DNA of 56,571 bases from a virus (IMGVR_UViG_3300032214_000909:1-56571); one strand, 5' to 3'. Counted from the first letter of the stretch, positions 1-10,649 are shown. Translations and numbers: made by a program. The notes: generated by a model from the sequence alone, not told the origin.

Positions 1-84
1 AAAAAAATAAAAAATTGTCAAAGGTAAATAAACCATATTTAAATAAAGGAGGGAAGGTAAGAAATTACCAAGATGAAGTAGATA

Positions 85-444
85 ATGAATATTAAATCAA
101 TAGTTGTCATAATAATTAATGTAGTATTATTTTCATTATCACTAAAGTTTCAGAGTGTAACGCCATTCGCAGTAATGTGGTTGGCGTTACATTCTTTTTA
201 TTTAAGTTATAAATTGGAAGAATATAAAAACGCAATTCTTGTTAGTATCGATGACGATAAGAAAAAATTGGAAAAAGAATTAAATACCTTGTATTTGAAT
301 CAAAAGACTGTATTATCGGTTCTTAATGCTTTAAGAGCACGAATCAACAATCATTATGGGAAGACCCAAAAAACAAAAAACCCCTCTCTCAAAGAACGAT
401 TCAAATCAATCGAACGAAGAGACACAGAACTTAACGAAGACTAA
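85..444 (+). CDS. hypothetical membrane protein
   Basis: Two hydrophobic N-terminal stretches followed by a coiled-coil-like charged region; overlaps the next ORF by ~90 nt. Confidence 0.5.
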   Translation: MNIKSIVVIIINVVLFSLSLKFQSVTPFAVMWLALHSFYLSYKLEEYKNAILVSIDDDKKKLEKELNTLYLNQKTVLSVLNALRARINNHYGKTQKTKNPSLKERFKSIERRDTELNED

Positions 445-883
445 ATCTTTATTTGATCATATCAATCAAATTAGGGAAGTTAAGAATCCTAAGTATTTTG
501 ATACACTTACTGCTGCAGATATTAAATCGTTCAATAAGTATACATTATTGATGGGACTTGGTATGGATCAAACGATTATTGAAGAAATTGCGTTTGTATC
601 CAAGTATTTTGACATCTTACCTGAGAAACATCTTTATAAGGTATTGTGTGACTTTGTACCGCATGGCAGACGGTTTTGTAAGTGGATTAAACCTAACAAA
701 GTAAAATTCAACAAAGATTTAATTCAATTGGTATCAAATAAATTTGAGGTTAGCAAAGATGATGCCTATAGTTATTGTGTACTATTTTTCAGAACGGAAA
801 GTGGTATTAATAGTCTGATTGATATATGTAAACAATATGGTAAATCAGAAAAAGAAATAGAAGGGTTAATGGAGAATGAATAA
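356..883 (+). CDS. clamp loader small subunit (T4 gp62-like)
   Basis: SLFDHINQI...FNKY...RRFCKWIK...LVSNKFEVSKDDA pattern resembles phage clamp-loader A subunits; size fits. Confidence 0.65.
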   Translation: MGRPKKQKTPLSKNDSNQSNEETQNLTKTKSLFDHINQIREVKNPKYFDTLTAADIKSFNKYTLLMGLGMDQTIIEEIAFVSKYFDILPEKHLYKVLCDFVPHGRRFCKWIKPNKVKFNKDLIQLVSNKFEVSKDDAYSYCVLFFRTESGINSLIDICKQYGKSEKEIEGLMENE

Positions 884-1526
884 AATTTATATAGGAGTAT
901 CTGGATTTGCTAGAAGTGGCAAGAATTTATTTTGTGATATTGCTCAAAAAGTCTTAAAAGAAAAGTACAACTTGACATCTAAAACATATGCACTTGCATA
1001 TTTTTTGAAAAAAGATTGTGAACCGTTTATTCAAGAAAAGTTGGGATTGAGTTCTTTCAGTGAAAAGACCGAAGATAAGAATGCCTTTAGAGAAATGTTG
1101 GTATGGTATGGTGGTGTAAAACGAAAACAGACTGAAGGTAAATATTGGACGGGATTATTACATGAAGAGTTAAAGAAAGATACTAACGATGTTAATTTTA
1201 TCAGCGACATTCGTTATGTAGAATATACCGATGATGAAGTATTTTGGTTGAAGAAACAACTGGGTGGCAAGTTGGTTCATATTAGTAAATATACTTATGG
1301 ATTTGCTACTGATGGAAGACATTATAGAGTCAATGATAAAAGTAAGAAAATCTATACAGAAGCTCCTAATCAACATGAAGCGTTGAATGATCCTAAGATT
1401 AGATTTCTTGCCGATTATAAAGTTGAATGGGAACAAATAGTTACTGATAAAAATCACAGTGATTTGATTAATAATCCGAATTTAAATCTTATTGTAGAGG
1501 ATTGTCTTAAGGAGATACTGAAATAG
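876..1526 (+). CDS. deoxynucleoside monophosphate kinase (T4 gp1-like)
   Basis: N-terminal P-loop GVSGFARSGK, REMLVWYG and ISDIRY motifs. Confidence 0.75.
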   Translation: MNKIYIGVSGFARSGKNLFCDIAQKVLKEKYNLTSKTYALAYFLKKDCEPFIQEKLGLSSFSEKTEDKNAFREMLVWYGGVKRKQTEGKYWTGLLHEELKKDTNDVNFISDIRYVEYTDDEVFWLKKQLGGKLVHISKYTYGFATDGRHYRVNDKSKKIYTEAPNQHEALNDPKIRFLADYKVEWEQIVTDKNHSDLINNPNLNLIVEDCLKEILK

Positions 1527-1800
1527 TTTTGATGTGAATAGAATTATCATAAAATTCTATTGATTTTTCATCTGTTACTGAGAACAATAAATCTATAGTT
1601 TGTTGGTCAATGTTATTTATTGTAGAAACATATTTGTTATTACAGTCAAATAATTTTTGACCTTTTTCTTTTGCTTTACAACTGCATATATTTTTAAATT
1701 GATCTATACAAGCACATAGTTGCATTAAACTTCCATTGGATGTTAATTGTTCTTTTGTTTTGATATAATTGTATAATTCATTTAAATTGGCGATTCTCAT
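1507..1800 (-). CDS. hypothetical protein
   Basis: ORF coupled to upstream gene by ATGA overlap; several Cys. Confidence 0.55.
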   Translation of the reverse strand: MRIANLNELYNYIKTKEQLTSNGSLMQLCACIDQFKNICSCKAKEKGQKLFDCNNKYVSTINNIDQQTIDLLFSVTDEKSIEFYDNSIHIKTISVSP

Positions 1801-2129
1801 GGTGATAACTTATTGAATACAAAATATGTAATTAGTGATGTTACATAAATAGTAGGTATTTCTAGAAATGAATAACCAAAAATAAATTTTCCTATTAAAA
1901 TCAACCAAAAATTTAAGCAAAATGGACATGTAATCAATCTAGTAAAAAAACTATTATGTTTTTGTAGTAGATATGAATGATATGTGAGTGTAAAATCTGT
2001 TTCTTTTGAATTTAAATAGTCATTTACTTTAAACCATTTAAGTCTTAATAAGTGAATGTATTCAACAAATGCTTCAGTATTGAACCATATTATTAATATG
2101 AATGTGTATATAAATATAATTCCAATCAT
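1797..2129 (-). CDS. small membrane protein with CxxC (DUF1360-like)
   Basis: Hydrophobic segments and LITCPFCLNFW motif. Confidence 0.5.
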   Translation of the reverse strand: MIGIIFIYTFILIIWFNTEAFVEYIHLLRLKWFKVNDYLNSKETDFTLTYHSYLLQKHNSFFTRLITCPFCLNFWLILIGKFIFGYSFLEIPTIYVTSLITYFVFNKLSP

Positions 2130-3295
2130 AATTTAATTTGTTTGATGATATAATCTGCGATTGATAAAGACGATGTTGCAGCAGGACTTGGACAGTTTAC
2201 AACATTACATACATTATCTTTAATAACTATTTCAAAATCTTGAATTAATTCTCCTGTATTTGACATTGCTTGTGCTCTTACACCTGCATCTCCCTTGATC
2301 AAGTCATTTTCTTTAATATTTGGTACTAATTTTTGTAATGCGTTGACAAATTGTTTTTTGCTGATTGATTGATATAATTCTTTAAAACACATGTATTTGT
2401 GTTTGAATATGAATTTCCAAAATCCTTTAAAAGTGATATAATCAAAAATATCAATTAGATTTATATCAAACAACGAATATCCTTCTCTAGAGAATGCTAA
2501 TACTGCATTTGGACCTGCTTCAATACCACCGTTAACTAATCTAGTAAAATGAACCCCTAAGAATGGATACTTAGGATCAGGTACTGGATATATTAGATTT
2601 TTAACTAAATGTTCTGATTCTGGTTTTAGTTTATAATACTCACCTCTAAATGGAACAATTTTTGATTTAATTTTAGTAGTAAATTTTGAGATTTTATCGG
2701 AATGTAATCCTGTACAATTGATTAAAATGTCGTAATTAAATTGTTCATTTTCAACAAATACTTTATCTTTAGTAATATTAATTACTTTGGAATTTAATTT
2801 TATTTTATGTCCGTTGTTCGTAATTAGTTCTGATAATTTTTGTATTACTTTTTTATAATCAACAATTCCTTCTTGTGGAACATGTAGAGCTTCAATTCCT
2901 CCTACATTTGGTTCAATTTCAAGCATTTGTTGTTTGTTTAATTTTCTAATATTTTTTAATCCGTTTTTTGTTCCACGTTCGAACAATTCATTTAATTTTG
3001 CGGATTCTTCTTGATTTGTAGACACTACTAATTTTCCGCATATTTCATGTGGAATATTGTATTTTTTACAAAATTCTGTCATTTGTTTAATGCCTTCGAC
3101 AGATAATATTGCTTTTAATGAACCAGGTTTATAGTATAAACCACAGTGTAATACTCCGCTATTGTGAGTACTTTGATGTTGTCCTAGATCGTTTTCTTTT
3201 TCTAATACTATAATGTTTAAATTTTTATTGGAAGATAGTTTATATGCTACGGCCAATCCAACGATTCCGCCGCCTACGATAATTACATTTTTCAT
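2126..3295 (-). CDS. lhgO: L-2-hydroxyglutarate oxidase-like FAD oxidoreductase
   Basis: GGGIVG, QSTHNSGVLHCGLYYKPGSLKA, PFRGEYY, PVPDPKYPFLGVHFT, AGVRAQA, SPAATSSL; start moved to ATG 3295 (ATGA overlap). Confidence 0.9.
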   Translation of the reverse strand: MKNVIIVGGGIVGLAVAYKLSSNKNLNIIVLEKENDLGQHQSTHNSGVLHCGLYYKPGSLKAILSVEGIKQMTEFCKKYNIPHEICGKLVVSTNQEESAKLNELFERGTKNGLKNIRKLNKQQMLEIEPNVGGIEALHVPQEGIVDYKKVIQKLSELITNNGHKIKLNSKVINITKDKVFVENEQFNYDILINCTGLHSDKISKFTTKIKSKIVPFRGEYYKLKPESEHLVKNLIYPVPDPKYPFLGVHFTRLVNGGIEAGPNAVLAFSREGYSLFDINLIDIFDYITFKGFWKFIFKHKYMCFKELYQSISKKQFVNALQKLVPNIKENDLIKGDAGVRAQAMSNTGELIQDFEIVIKDNVCNVVNCPSPAATSSLSIADYIIKQIKL

Positions 3296-4506
3296 ATTAT
3301 TTCGTATTCGATTTCGGTTTCTGAAAATCCCCATGAATCTTCGTTTCTAGATATCAATATTTGGTTATTTTCTATATATTTATCAAAATATTCTACCCAA
3401 TCCATTGCATTATTATAAAACTGTTTACTTGGAGAACTTCCATCATTTGACATTCCTGTATGACTCATATGATATAACGGAACATCGTATATATCTTTTA
3501 ATTTAAATCCGTATAATACTGATTTTTTTTGAACATTAGTATCAACAAAACAAGCATATTTCATTTGTTCTTCATAACCTTTAACTTTTAACCAGATATT
3601 TTTGGTTGCAAATTGAAAATCGCCGCAACAATTGAACAAACTATAATTGTCGTTAGGTGTAACCTTTGCGGGAAAATATCTTGGTTTGCTTGTATTATTT
3701 AAATAATTTACATAATCATTTAAATTGTCTTTATTATTAATGACATCTTTATAATCAATATCTCTTCTACTCAAAACATACATTGTGTGTTTATTTGTTT
3801 TTTTGATAAATTCTTGAAGAATTTCTTTTGTAGGAGGAATAATGTCAGTGGTAGATAAAACTATATATTCTGCGTCTGTTCTTCGTATACCTATATTAAA
3901 AGAAAATACAGTAGAACATGCTTGTGCGTTGGGATCATAGTTTTCTAAAATTTTAGCAATTTTTGGTTCTATTACAAAATGTTTTAATCTTCCTGTTTTA
4001 GGAATATCGTCAATAATCTCATATAAGAAACTTCTTTTTTCAGAATTCCAATCAACATAAATTACTTCATCAAATGTTTCTAACATTCTAGTTATGTGAA
4101 TAATAAATCTTTCTTTTTCTTTATAACCATCATTTCTACCAAAAACTATAACACATGTTTTATCTTTAATTTTGTTTGGCAAATTATACTTTTTAATATT
4201 GTCTTTATGTACACATAAAAAGTTTCCATTATTAGATACATTTTGTATAAAATATGTAAATTCATTTTTATCTAACGGACCAACACAATCGTTTATATTA
4301 TCAAATGGAAACGAATCGTAGATTTTATAATCTAATGAATCAATCAAATTAAAATACTCATTTATTTGTGATTCTGTCATCGTTTTTGACGATTTAATCA
4401 CCAATTCTGATTTAGTGTTTTCTATAGATAAAACTTTTTCTTTTAATTCTTTTTCCGTGTTAATATATAACACAGATTGGCTTAAATTTTTAATCGTATT
4501 AATCAT
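3292..4506 (-). CDS. putative GT-A fold glycosyltransferase with N-terminal extra domain
   Basis: GRNDGY, YVDWNS, FNIGIRR, TTDII, CCGDFQ motifs typical of GT2-like proteins. Confidence 0.55.
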   Translation of the reverse strand: MINTIKNLSQSVLYINTEKELKEKVLSIENTKSELVIKSSKTMTESQINEYFNLIDSLDYKIYDSFPFDNINDCVGPLDKNEFTYFIQNVSNNGNFLCVHKDNIKKYNLPNKIKDKTCVIVFGRNDGYKEKERFIIHITRMLETFDEVIYVDWNSEKRSFLYEIIDDIPKTGRLKHFVIEPKIAKILENYDPNAQACSTVFSFNIGIRRTDAEYIVLSTTDIIPPTKEILQEFIKKTNKHTMYVLSRRDIDYKDVINNKDNLNDYVNYLNNTSKPRYFPAKVTPNDNYSLFNCCGDFQFATKNIWLKVKGYEEQMKYACFVDTNVQKKSVLYGFKLKDIYDVPLYHMSHTGMSNDGSSPSKQFYNNAMDWVEYFDKYIENNQILISRNEDSWGFSETEIEYEII

Positions 4507-5039
4507 ATATCTCTTTTTGATAGAATTGGATTTTTGATTGGCCAGAATACATTGTATGTTGGATCATTCCATTTAACATGAATTTGTTTTTCTATAGAAA
4601 CATAACTTTTTGTTAATTTATAATGAAATAAACATTCATCTGATGTAACTAGATGTGCGTTTACACATCCAGATGGAACGAGAACTTGATATCTATTTTT
4701 ATCATTTAATTGAAAATATTGTATATTCTTATATGTAGATGAATTGAGTCTTACATCAATTACTACGAAATATACACTTCCTTTTAATACATCAATTAAT
4801 TTCCAATTCTCTGTATCGCCGTGAAATCCTCTTAAAACATTTTTGGTTGAATTAGAAAATGAATCTATAACAAATTTTAAATCCTTATTTTTGAATTCTG
4901 ATATCGATTTGAACATTTTAGAATAATGTTCTTCATTATATGTTTCAAAGTTTTCGCCTCTATGATCATAAAATGACTCTGGTTGAATTACTATTAAATC
5001 ATTGATAATAGTACTACATTCTTTTATTTTGGAATTCAT
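4503..5039 (-). CDS. rmlC: dTDP-4-dehydrorhamnose 3,5-epimerase family (RmlC-like cupin)
   Basis: DHRG, VLRGFH, VIDVR, WND...WPI..PILSKRD. Confidence 0.85.
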   Translation of the reverse strand: MNSKIKECSTIINDLIVIQPESFYDHRGENFETYNEEHYSKMFKSISEFKNKDLKFVIDSFSNSTKNVLRGFHGDTENWKLIDVLKGSVYFVVIDVRLNSSTYKNIQYFQLNDKNRYQVLVPSGCVNAHLVTSDECLFHYKLTKSYVSIEKQIHVKWNDPTYNVFWPIKNPILSKRDI

Positions 5040-6211
5040 ACATTATTTAGTACATTTAATAGAGTATCAATTTTTTCTCTTTGTAGACCTGGATAATTAC
5101 CAATATACCAACTAAAGTTATGAACATGGTCTACTACTTTAAAGTCGTTATAGTCGATGTTGAAATGTTTTTTGATGTATGGTTGACGAAGTTGATTTCC
5201 TCCACCGGACATTCCTCTTCTGAATTCAATACTAGCTTCTTTTAATCTCAACTCTACATTTAGACGAGTAACAAAAGAAGGATCTTTTAAAATTACTGTA
5301 AATGCATAATTGCATTGTCCATCTAATTCTATGTCAGTAATGTACTTGGAAGGATCTAATTTACTCATAAAATAGTTATAATTGTCTATTCTATTTTTGT
5401 TATTTTTGTCTAATTTTTTCAACTGAGACAGACCCAATACAGCATTAAGTTCGGTGCTTCTAAAATTATGAGATGGACGAAGGAAAATAAAATCTTTATT
5501 GAGATCCGGATTATTATTAATAATTTCATTTCTCATGGATTCATTAGTCATTTCTCTAATCATACCATGTGATCTTAATGCTCTGCAAATTTGATAGAAT
5601 CTTTCATCGTTAGTACAAATTATACCACCTTCAATAGTAGACATATGATGTGCAAAGTAAAAACTAAAATTGCTTACAAATCCATATGATCCTACTTTTT
5701 TACCTTTAAATGTAGTACCATGAGACTCGCATACATCTTCAATTAGATGAATGTTATTCTCTTTACAAATGTTCAATAGTTCGTCTGTAAGACCATTGAT
5801 TCCCAAAACATGAGTCAAAAATATTGCTCTGGTTTTTGGTGTAATTAATTTCTTAAGTTTTTCCAAATCAAAAGATAGATTTTTTAAATTGATATCGCAA
5901 AATACAGGTGTAAATTCGCTAAATATTACTGATGAAACATCTGATATCCATGTTAGGGGTGGTAAAATCACTTCGCCGTCTTCATATAATTCGTTTAATG
6001 CAAGTATCGTCAATTCATTTGCACTGGCACCACTATTAACCATCAAATTATATTTAGTACCCAACCATTGACCCCACGCATTTTCAAATTCAACTACTTT
6101 TGGTCCATTGGTTAGTTTTGGAATTGGTGTTTGATTTAGAAAGTTTATTAGTGTATTGACATCTTCTCTGTCAATATTGTCTTCCATTAAGGGTAGGTAA
6201 AAATTATTCAT
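5036..6211 (-). CDS. DegT/DnrJ-fold PLP enzyme, His-type NDP-4-keto-6-deoxyhexose 3-dehydratase (ColD/RfbH-like)
   Basis: VNSGASAN, EDVCESHG, SFYFAHHMSTIEGG with His in place of the Schiff-base Lys. Confidence 0.8.
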   Translation of the reverse strand: MNNFYLPLMEDNIDREDVNTLINFLNQTPIPKLTNGPKVVEFENAWGQWLGTKYNLMVNSGASANELTILALNELYEDGEVILPPLTWISDVSSVIFSEFTPVFCDINLKNLSFDLEKLKKLITPKTRAIFLTHVLGINGLTDELLNICKENNIHLIEDVCESHGTTFKGKKVGSYGFVSNFSFYFAHHMSTIEGGIICTNDERFYQICRALRSHGMIREMTNESMRNEIINNNPDLNKDFIFLRPSHNFRSTELNAVLGLSQLKKLDKNNKNRIDNYNYFMSKLDPSKYITDIELDGQCNYAFTVILKDPSFVTRLNVELRLKEASIEFRRGMSGGGNQLRQPYIKKHFNIDYNDFKVVDHVHNFSWYIGNYPGLQREKIDTLLNVLNNV

Positions 6212-6630
6212 AACTTTTTTAATAGTTCACTTGACGAGTATATTTTCGGTAGATCAAGAATCGATTCTTCTATTCCAATTTCTTTACATACTTCCGATTC
6301 TGCAGTAACTAAATTTGAACCTTTTCTGTCGCCACTGTTAAAAAATATCAAGTGATCTTCTTTATATTTATTTTTTAAGTATCTAAGAGTCTGACATTGA
6401 GTTTTGTCTTTGTCAACAGAAATAAATACATCATCAACTGATTTCAAATTAAATATAATTTTAGATCTGTGATTTTCATCCATGAATTCTTTTGTTCCTT
6501 TTAATTCACGTTGGTAATCACTATTGATGACTGCAATTAATTTATCACATTTTTCTTTTGCAGAATTGATGTATTCGATATGTCCATAGTGGACGGGATT
6601 AAAATATCCAGATACTATTCCTATTTTCAT
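6208..6630 (-). CDS. cytidylyltransferase-family nucleotidyltransferase (TagD/RfaE-II-like)
   Basis: SGYFNPVHYGH (HxGH), VINSD, NSGDR, C-terminal SSS. Confidence 0.85.
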   Translation of the reverse strand: MKIGIVSGYFNPVHYGHIEYINSAKEKCDKLIAVINSDYQRELKGTKEFMDENHRSKIIFNLKSVDDVFISVDKDKTQCQTLRYLKNKYKEDHLIFFNSGDRKGSNLVTAESEVCKEIGIEESILDLPKIYSSSELLKKL

Positions 6631-7703
6631 ATATTATATGATTTTTTTATTCTATCCAACAATAAATTATTATTTAATTTTCCATGAAAAAATCCACAGG
6701 TAAGAGAATCTATTTTAGCTAAATCTCTTTTGTTTTTATAATGATGTTCATTATAGTCATTGTGCATATTAATATTTACAATTCTTTTTTTCCAACAATA
6801 AGGGATCTCAGATAAAAAACATTTTAAATCGGTTCCATTTAAATCTGACACTGTATAATTTTCTTTTTTAAGATTTATATTTACACATTCATTGTTATTT
6901 GTTTCAAATCCAACATTTAGTTTTATTTTATTTTCAAAAAATCCATGTGGAATGAATAATGGAGGAGTAATGTTTGATATTTCAATTTTAGAATCGAGAT
7001 CATTTCGTATATGACTATATCCATCAAAATGTCTAAAAAATTCTCTATATGGAACTGATTGAATTTTATTATATTTACTTGGAATGAAACTACTAAAATA
7101 ATCGGTTCTAGGAAATAATTGATTGGAGAATTCTTGGCTAAACCACCATTGATAATATGTTTTTTTTGTTATAATTTGTGCACTATCTACATTATCATTC
7201 ATTGAATGTGCAAATGTATTTTTAAATTCTGATGTATGTTCAAAAAATAAAACATTAACTTCCTGCCAATGAGAAAAATATAATGTAGCATGTTCATTTG
7301 AGAATTCATTTCTAAACTCATCAATACAATTTTGAAAATGAGTTATATCATCATCAATGAATATATGATCATGATTACAACAAAAAAAGATTAAATCGTC
7401 ATTTAATTCTTCATATAATTTTTTCCAATCAGATTGATACTTACATCGGGTTGGAGAAATGTCGCAATCATAATCTTTAAACAATAAACTTATATAATTT
7501 ATTAATTCCTCTGTTTTATTTTTGTAAGAATTGCACAATTCAAATTTAATAATTACCTTTTTCCAATTATATATATTTACTACACTGTTTAGTGTATATT
7601 TGAATACATCAACTGTACTTATATTTTCTCCGTAAAGTCCTCTAAAATAATATCCTGGAGATCTTGTTTTATCGTCTAAATATACATTATATATTAAGAT
7701 CAT
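6627..7703 (-). CDS. hypothetical protein, possible glycosyltransferase
   Basis: CNHDHIFID and RHFDGY motifs; located in glycan operon. Confidence 0.45.
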   Translation of the reverse strand: MILIYNVYLDDKTRSPGYYFRGLYGENISTVDVFKYTLNSVVNIYNWKKVIIKFELCNSYKNKTEELINYISLLFKDYDCDISPTRCKYQSDWKKLYEELNDDLIFFCCNHDHIFIDDDITHFQNCIDEFRNEFSNEHATLYFSHWQEVNVLFFEHTSEFKNTFAHSMNDNVDSAQIITKKTYYQWWFSQEFSNQLFPRTDYFSSFIPSKYNKIQSVPYREFFRHFDGYSHIRNDLDSKIEISNITPPLFIPHGFFENKIKLNVGFETNNNECVNINLKKENYTVSDLNGTDLKCFLSEIPYCWKKRIVNINMHNDYNEHHYKNKRDLAKIDSLTCGFFHGKLNNNLLLDRIKKSYNI

Positions 7704-7705
7704 AT

Positions 7706-8662
7706 TTAATAAATTGAAGTTACTCCTGTTTTATCAACATTAAAATCTAATATTGATTCTTTATATTTTTTAAGAATACGTTTTTTAGTTTTTTCATTAC
7801 ATATTGTTAATACGAATCCACATCCACCGCTTCCTAATAACTTAGCGCCATAAGCACCCATATACATTACATCGTCTACAATTTGTTTAATTTTGTTATT
7901 CGATATATGTGGGGAAATTTTTTCTTTATTTAACCAGCTTTGATATAATAACTTTCCTATATTTTTAAGATCTTCTTTTAGAAACAATTCATAAGATTCT
8001 TTTGCAACCTCAAGTATATTCAATTTATTATTTACATCCGATTCGTGTGATTTGGCAATTAAGTCACTAGTTCTTTGTTCATCGGTATAAATTAAAACCA
8101 TAGAACTTTGTAATTGATGTTCAAATTGTTCCGTAATAGGAAGTGGTTTTGTAAAAAATCTACCGTCTTTTGCAATTTCAATTGAACTAAACCCTTTTGC
8201 AAATGGCCAAATTTGGTCTTGTATTCCTCCGCTTTCATTTAAAATTTCTCTTTCAATTTTAATCGCAGAATTAATTAGTTCAATTTTATCTATTTTTTCC
8301 TCATTCATTTTTTTAATTGAATATGCCATTGCAATACAATACGAGGATGATCCTCCTAATCCTGTTCTGGATGGTATATCAGAATAAGAAAACAGTTCAA
8401 TTGGTTTGTTTACATTAAAATATCTTAATGTTTCTCGTATCAATGGATTTTTTAATTCGTTGATAGAATCAACCAATTCATATCTTGAATATGTACATAG
8501 ATATTGTTTAGATAAAATCTTAGGTCTATGTCTAATCGATATATAACAATATTTATTTATTGTCGTGCCAATAATAAATGATCCGTATTTTTCATAAAAT
8601 CCTTTATAATCAGTAGACCCTCCAAATAATGATATTCTAAACGGTGATTTAACAATAGTCAT
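7706..8662 (-). CDS. GHMP sugar kinase (HddA heptose-7-phosphate kinase-like)
   Basis: SPFRISLFGGSTD, GLGGSSS, GGIQDQ, GAKLLGSGGCGF; start moved to ATG 8662. Confidence 0.85.
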   Translation of the reverse strand: MTIVKSPFRISLFGGSTDYKGFYEKYGSFIIGTTINKYCYISIRHRPKILSKQYLCTYSRYELVDSINELKNPLIRETLRYFNVNKPIELFSYSDIPSRTGLGGSSSYCIAMAYSIKKMNEEKIDKIELINSAIKIEREILNESGGIQDQIWPFAKGFSSIEIAKDGRFFTKPLPITEQFEHQLQSSMVLIYTDEQRTSDLIAKSHESDVNNKLNILEVAKESYELFLKEDLKNIGKLLYQSWLNKEKISPHISNNKIKQIVDDVMYMGAYGAKLLGSGGCGFVLTICNEKTKKRILKKYKESILDFNVDKTGVTSIY

Positions 8663-8663
8663 G

Positions 8664-9200
8664 TTATTTTTCTCCGTAATAATCGCCCCATTCAACTAAT
8701 ATAGTAGATCTATTATCAGTTCTTTCATAAGCATATTGGAATGATTCAAAAATTTGATGTGGTTCATCCAATCGAATGATATCAACTGTATCACACATTG
8801 CTTTAAATCCTCCTGTAAAATCACTAATATGTTGATGTTGTGGATGTAATGGGCGTTGAGAACCAATTGATGTTCTAATAATTACTTTTGGGTTATATCC
8901 ACCATCAGACATAATTTTCATTTTATCCAAATGATTTACTAATTGATTTGCGGCTAATAATAGAAAATTCCATCTGGGATATATAGAAATAGGAATTGTT
9001 CCGTTTAATGCCATTCCTATTGACACACCCATTTGCATATCTTCATTGACTGGCATTTCTAATAACTTAGATCTATCTACATCTTTTAATGTATTTGTCA
9101 TACCAGTACCAGCATATTCTACTGCCTGACCTAAAAACAAAGTGTTTTCTTTAGTTGCCAACCAATCCATTGATTTTTTAAGTTCATCGAAATATTTCAT
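8664..9200 (-). CDS. TPP-dependent E1 beta-like subunit (pyrimidine-binding domain only)
   Basis: LGQAV, LLEMPVNEDMQMG, NQLVNH, PQHQH; 178 aa from ATG 9200. Confidence 0.8.
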   Translation of the reverse strand: MKYFDELKKSMDWLATKENTLFLGQAVEYAGTGMTNTLKDVDRSKLLEMPVNEDMQMGVSIGMALNGTIPISIYPRWNFLLLAANQLVNHLDKMKIMSDGGYNPKVIIRTSIGSQRPLHPQHQHISDFTGGFKAMCDTVDIIRLDEPHQIFESFQYAYERTDNRSTILVEWGDYYGEK

Positions 9201-9204
9201 AATA

Positions 9205-9810
9205 TTAAAATTGAATTCTTTTGCCTGCGCCAGCGTGAGGATACTTTGTATCGTATTTGTAATATTTAATTTTGCGAGTTTCTTTTGCAAAGAATAATTC
9301 TTCACAGTTCCATACTTTTAATGTATCAGTACAAACTGATTTACCATTGTTTTCTATAATATAAGTAATAGGTAAATCATGATTCACCGAATATTTCCAG
9401 TTTTCAAAAAAGGTTCCTGTTTCAGATGTCATATCTCCAACGAAACACCAAACCTTTTCATTGGAACCTTTTCTTTTAATGTCCAATGCTACTCCGGTTG
9501 CAATAGGAATATTTCCGGTGACGATTGCTGATGAATATACTTTATATTCTGGATAACATAAAGTAATCGATTTACCTTTAAGAATGTCTGATTTAATAGT
9601 TTCTGGTGGTACTCCTTTTAATAAACATTGATAATGTGATCTCCATGTACAAAAAACCCAATCTTCATCTTTAATATCATTGAAAATATTAATCATTTGC
9701 GATTCGTTGCCGTTATACAAATGAATTGGTGCTTTAATTTTTGAACTATTAAATTGTTCGGCAATGTCTTCTTCAAATAATATTAACTCTGATGGTGTAT
9801 ACTTTTTCAT
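9205..9810 (-). CDS. TPP-dependent E1 alpha-like subunit (short)
   Basis: APIHLYNGNE, TWRSH, GD..SETG..FE..IENN TPP-binding motif. Confidence 0.85.
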   Translation of the reverse strand: MKKYTPSELILFEEDIAEQFNSSKIKAPIHLYNGNESQMINIFNDIKDEDWVFCTWRSHYQCLLKGVPPETIKSDILKGKSITLCYPEYKVYSSAIVTGNIPIATGVALDIKRKGSNEKVWCFVGDMTSETGTFFENWKYSVNHDLPITYIIENNGKSVCTDTLKVWNCEELFFAKETRKIKYYKYDTKYPHAGAGKRIQF

Positions 9811-9827
9811 ATAATCTATATAGTAAT

Positions 9828-10649
9828 TTAAAACTTCAAATATTTATTTCTATTTAATTTCATAATATTATAAATCGTATTCCATTTATCGCTCATTCTA
9901 TGACCAATAAAAACTTTGCTTTTTTCATGTGCGTCAGCAACTCTTTTTGTAATTTCGTCAAATTCGTTTTTTTTATTATGAATAGAATAATGATTAATTC
10001 CTAATATTGAAGTAAAATCTAAAACCAAAACATTTGATGCTTCCATTATCATATGATTTAAACAAGTATCTGCACTCCAAGAGGGAATTTCTTTTGGATA
10101 AAATTCGCCTAAATCATTACAATAATTTGAAGACAACATTGGAAAACAACAACTTGAATCTATTGCATTTATATTGTCATTAGAAACCCAATGTGTATCA
10201 TCGGATATACGAATATAATAATATAAATTATTTTCGTCTATGTCATTATAAATATTACGATCATATTGTTGTAAACCAAGGCATAAGATTTCATCCCAAT
10301 TTTCTGTTTTAATTTCACAATCGTTTCCTAAAATCCATGTAAAATACGATTTGCTTTTTAATTTTAAACCTAAATCATAATAGTCGTTCGGTAAATCTAA
10401 ATTTTCTTTCTGTTTTCTACAAATATAATAAAAGTCGTAGGTTAATGTACTTGAAATAGAATTGAAAAAATTAATAGTCTCTGTATCATCTTGGTCTACA
10501 ATTGAAATCACTTCAATTGCAGATTTATCTTTTGTTTTTTCTTCTATAGAAATAAGTAACTTTTTTACTAAATCTAATCTTGATCGTGATGGAAATATAA
10601 TTGATACCAGTTTAGTTTTATTCATAAAATCCTCTGAACATATATTCAT
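9828..10649 (-). CDS. glycosyltransferase family 2-like
   Basis: VSIIFPSRSR, VDQDD, GNDC, FPM motifs; start uncertain (10676/10649/10625). Confidence 0.65.
   Translation of the reverse strand: MNICSEDFMNKTKLVSIIFPSRSRLDLVKKLLISIEEKTKDKSAIEVISIVDQDDTETINFFNSISSTLTYDFYYICRKQKENLDLPNDYYDLGLKLKSKSYFTWILGNDCEIKTENWDEILCLGLQQYDRNIYNDIDENNLYYYIRISDDTHWVSNDNINAIDSSCCFPMLSSNYCNDLGEFYPKEIPSWSADTCLNHMIMEASNVLVLDFTSILGINHYSIHNKKNEFDEITKRVADAHEKSKVFIGHRMSDKWNTIYNIMKLNRNKYLKF

Noticed and set aside
56-69. Small GGTAA-GAAA-TTACC hairpin near the window start
   Set aside because: Only a 5-bp stem, no T tract and upstream context is truncated; no function can be supported
8664-9810. Pyruvate dehydrogenase as a central-metabolism auxiliary gene
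   Set aside because: Both subunits are truncated, there is no E2/E3, and the pair is embedded in a nucleotide-sugar operon
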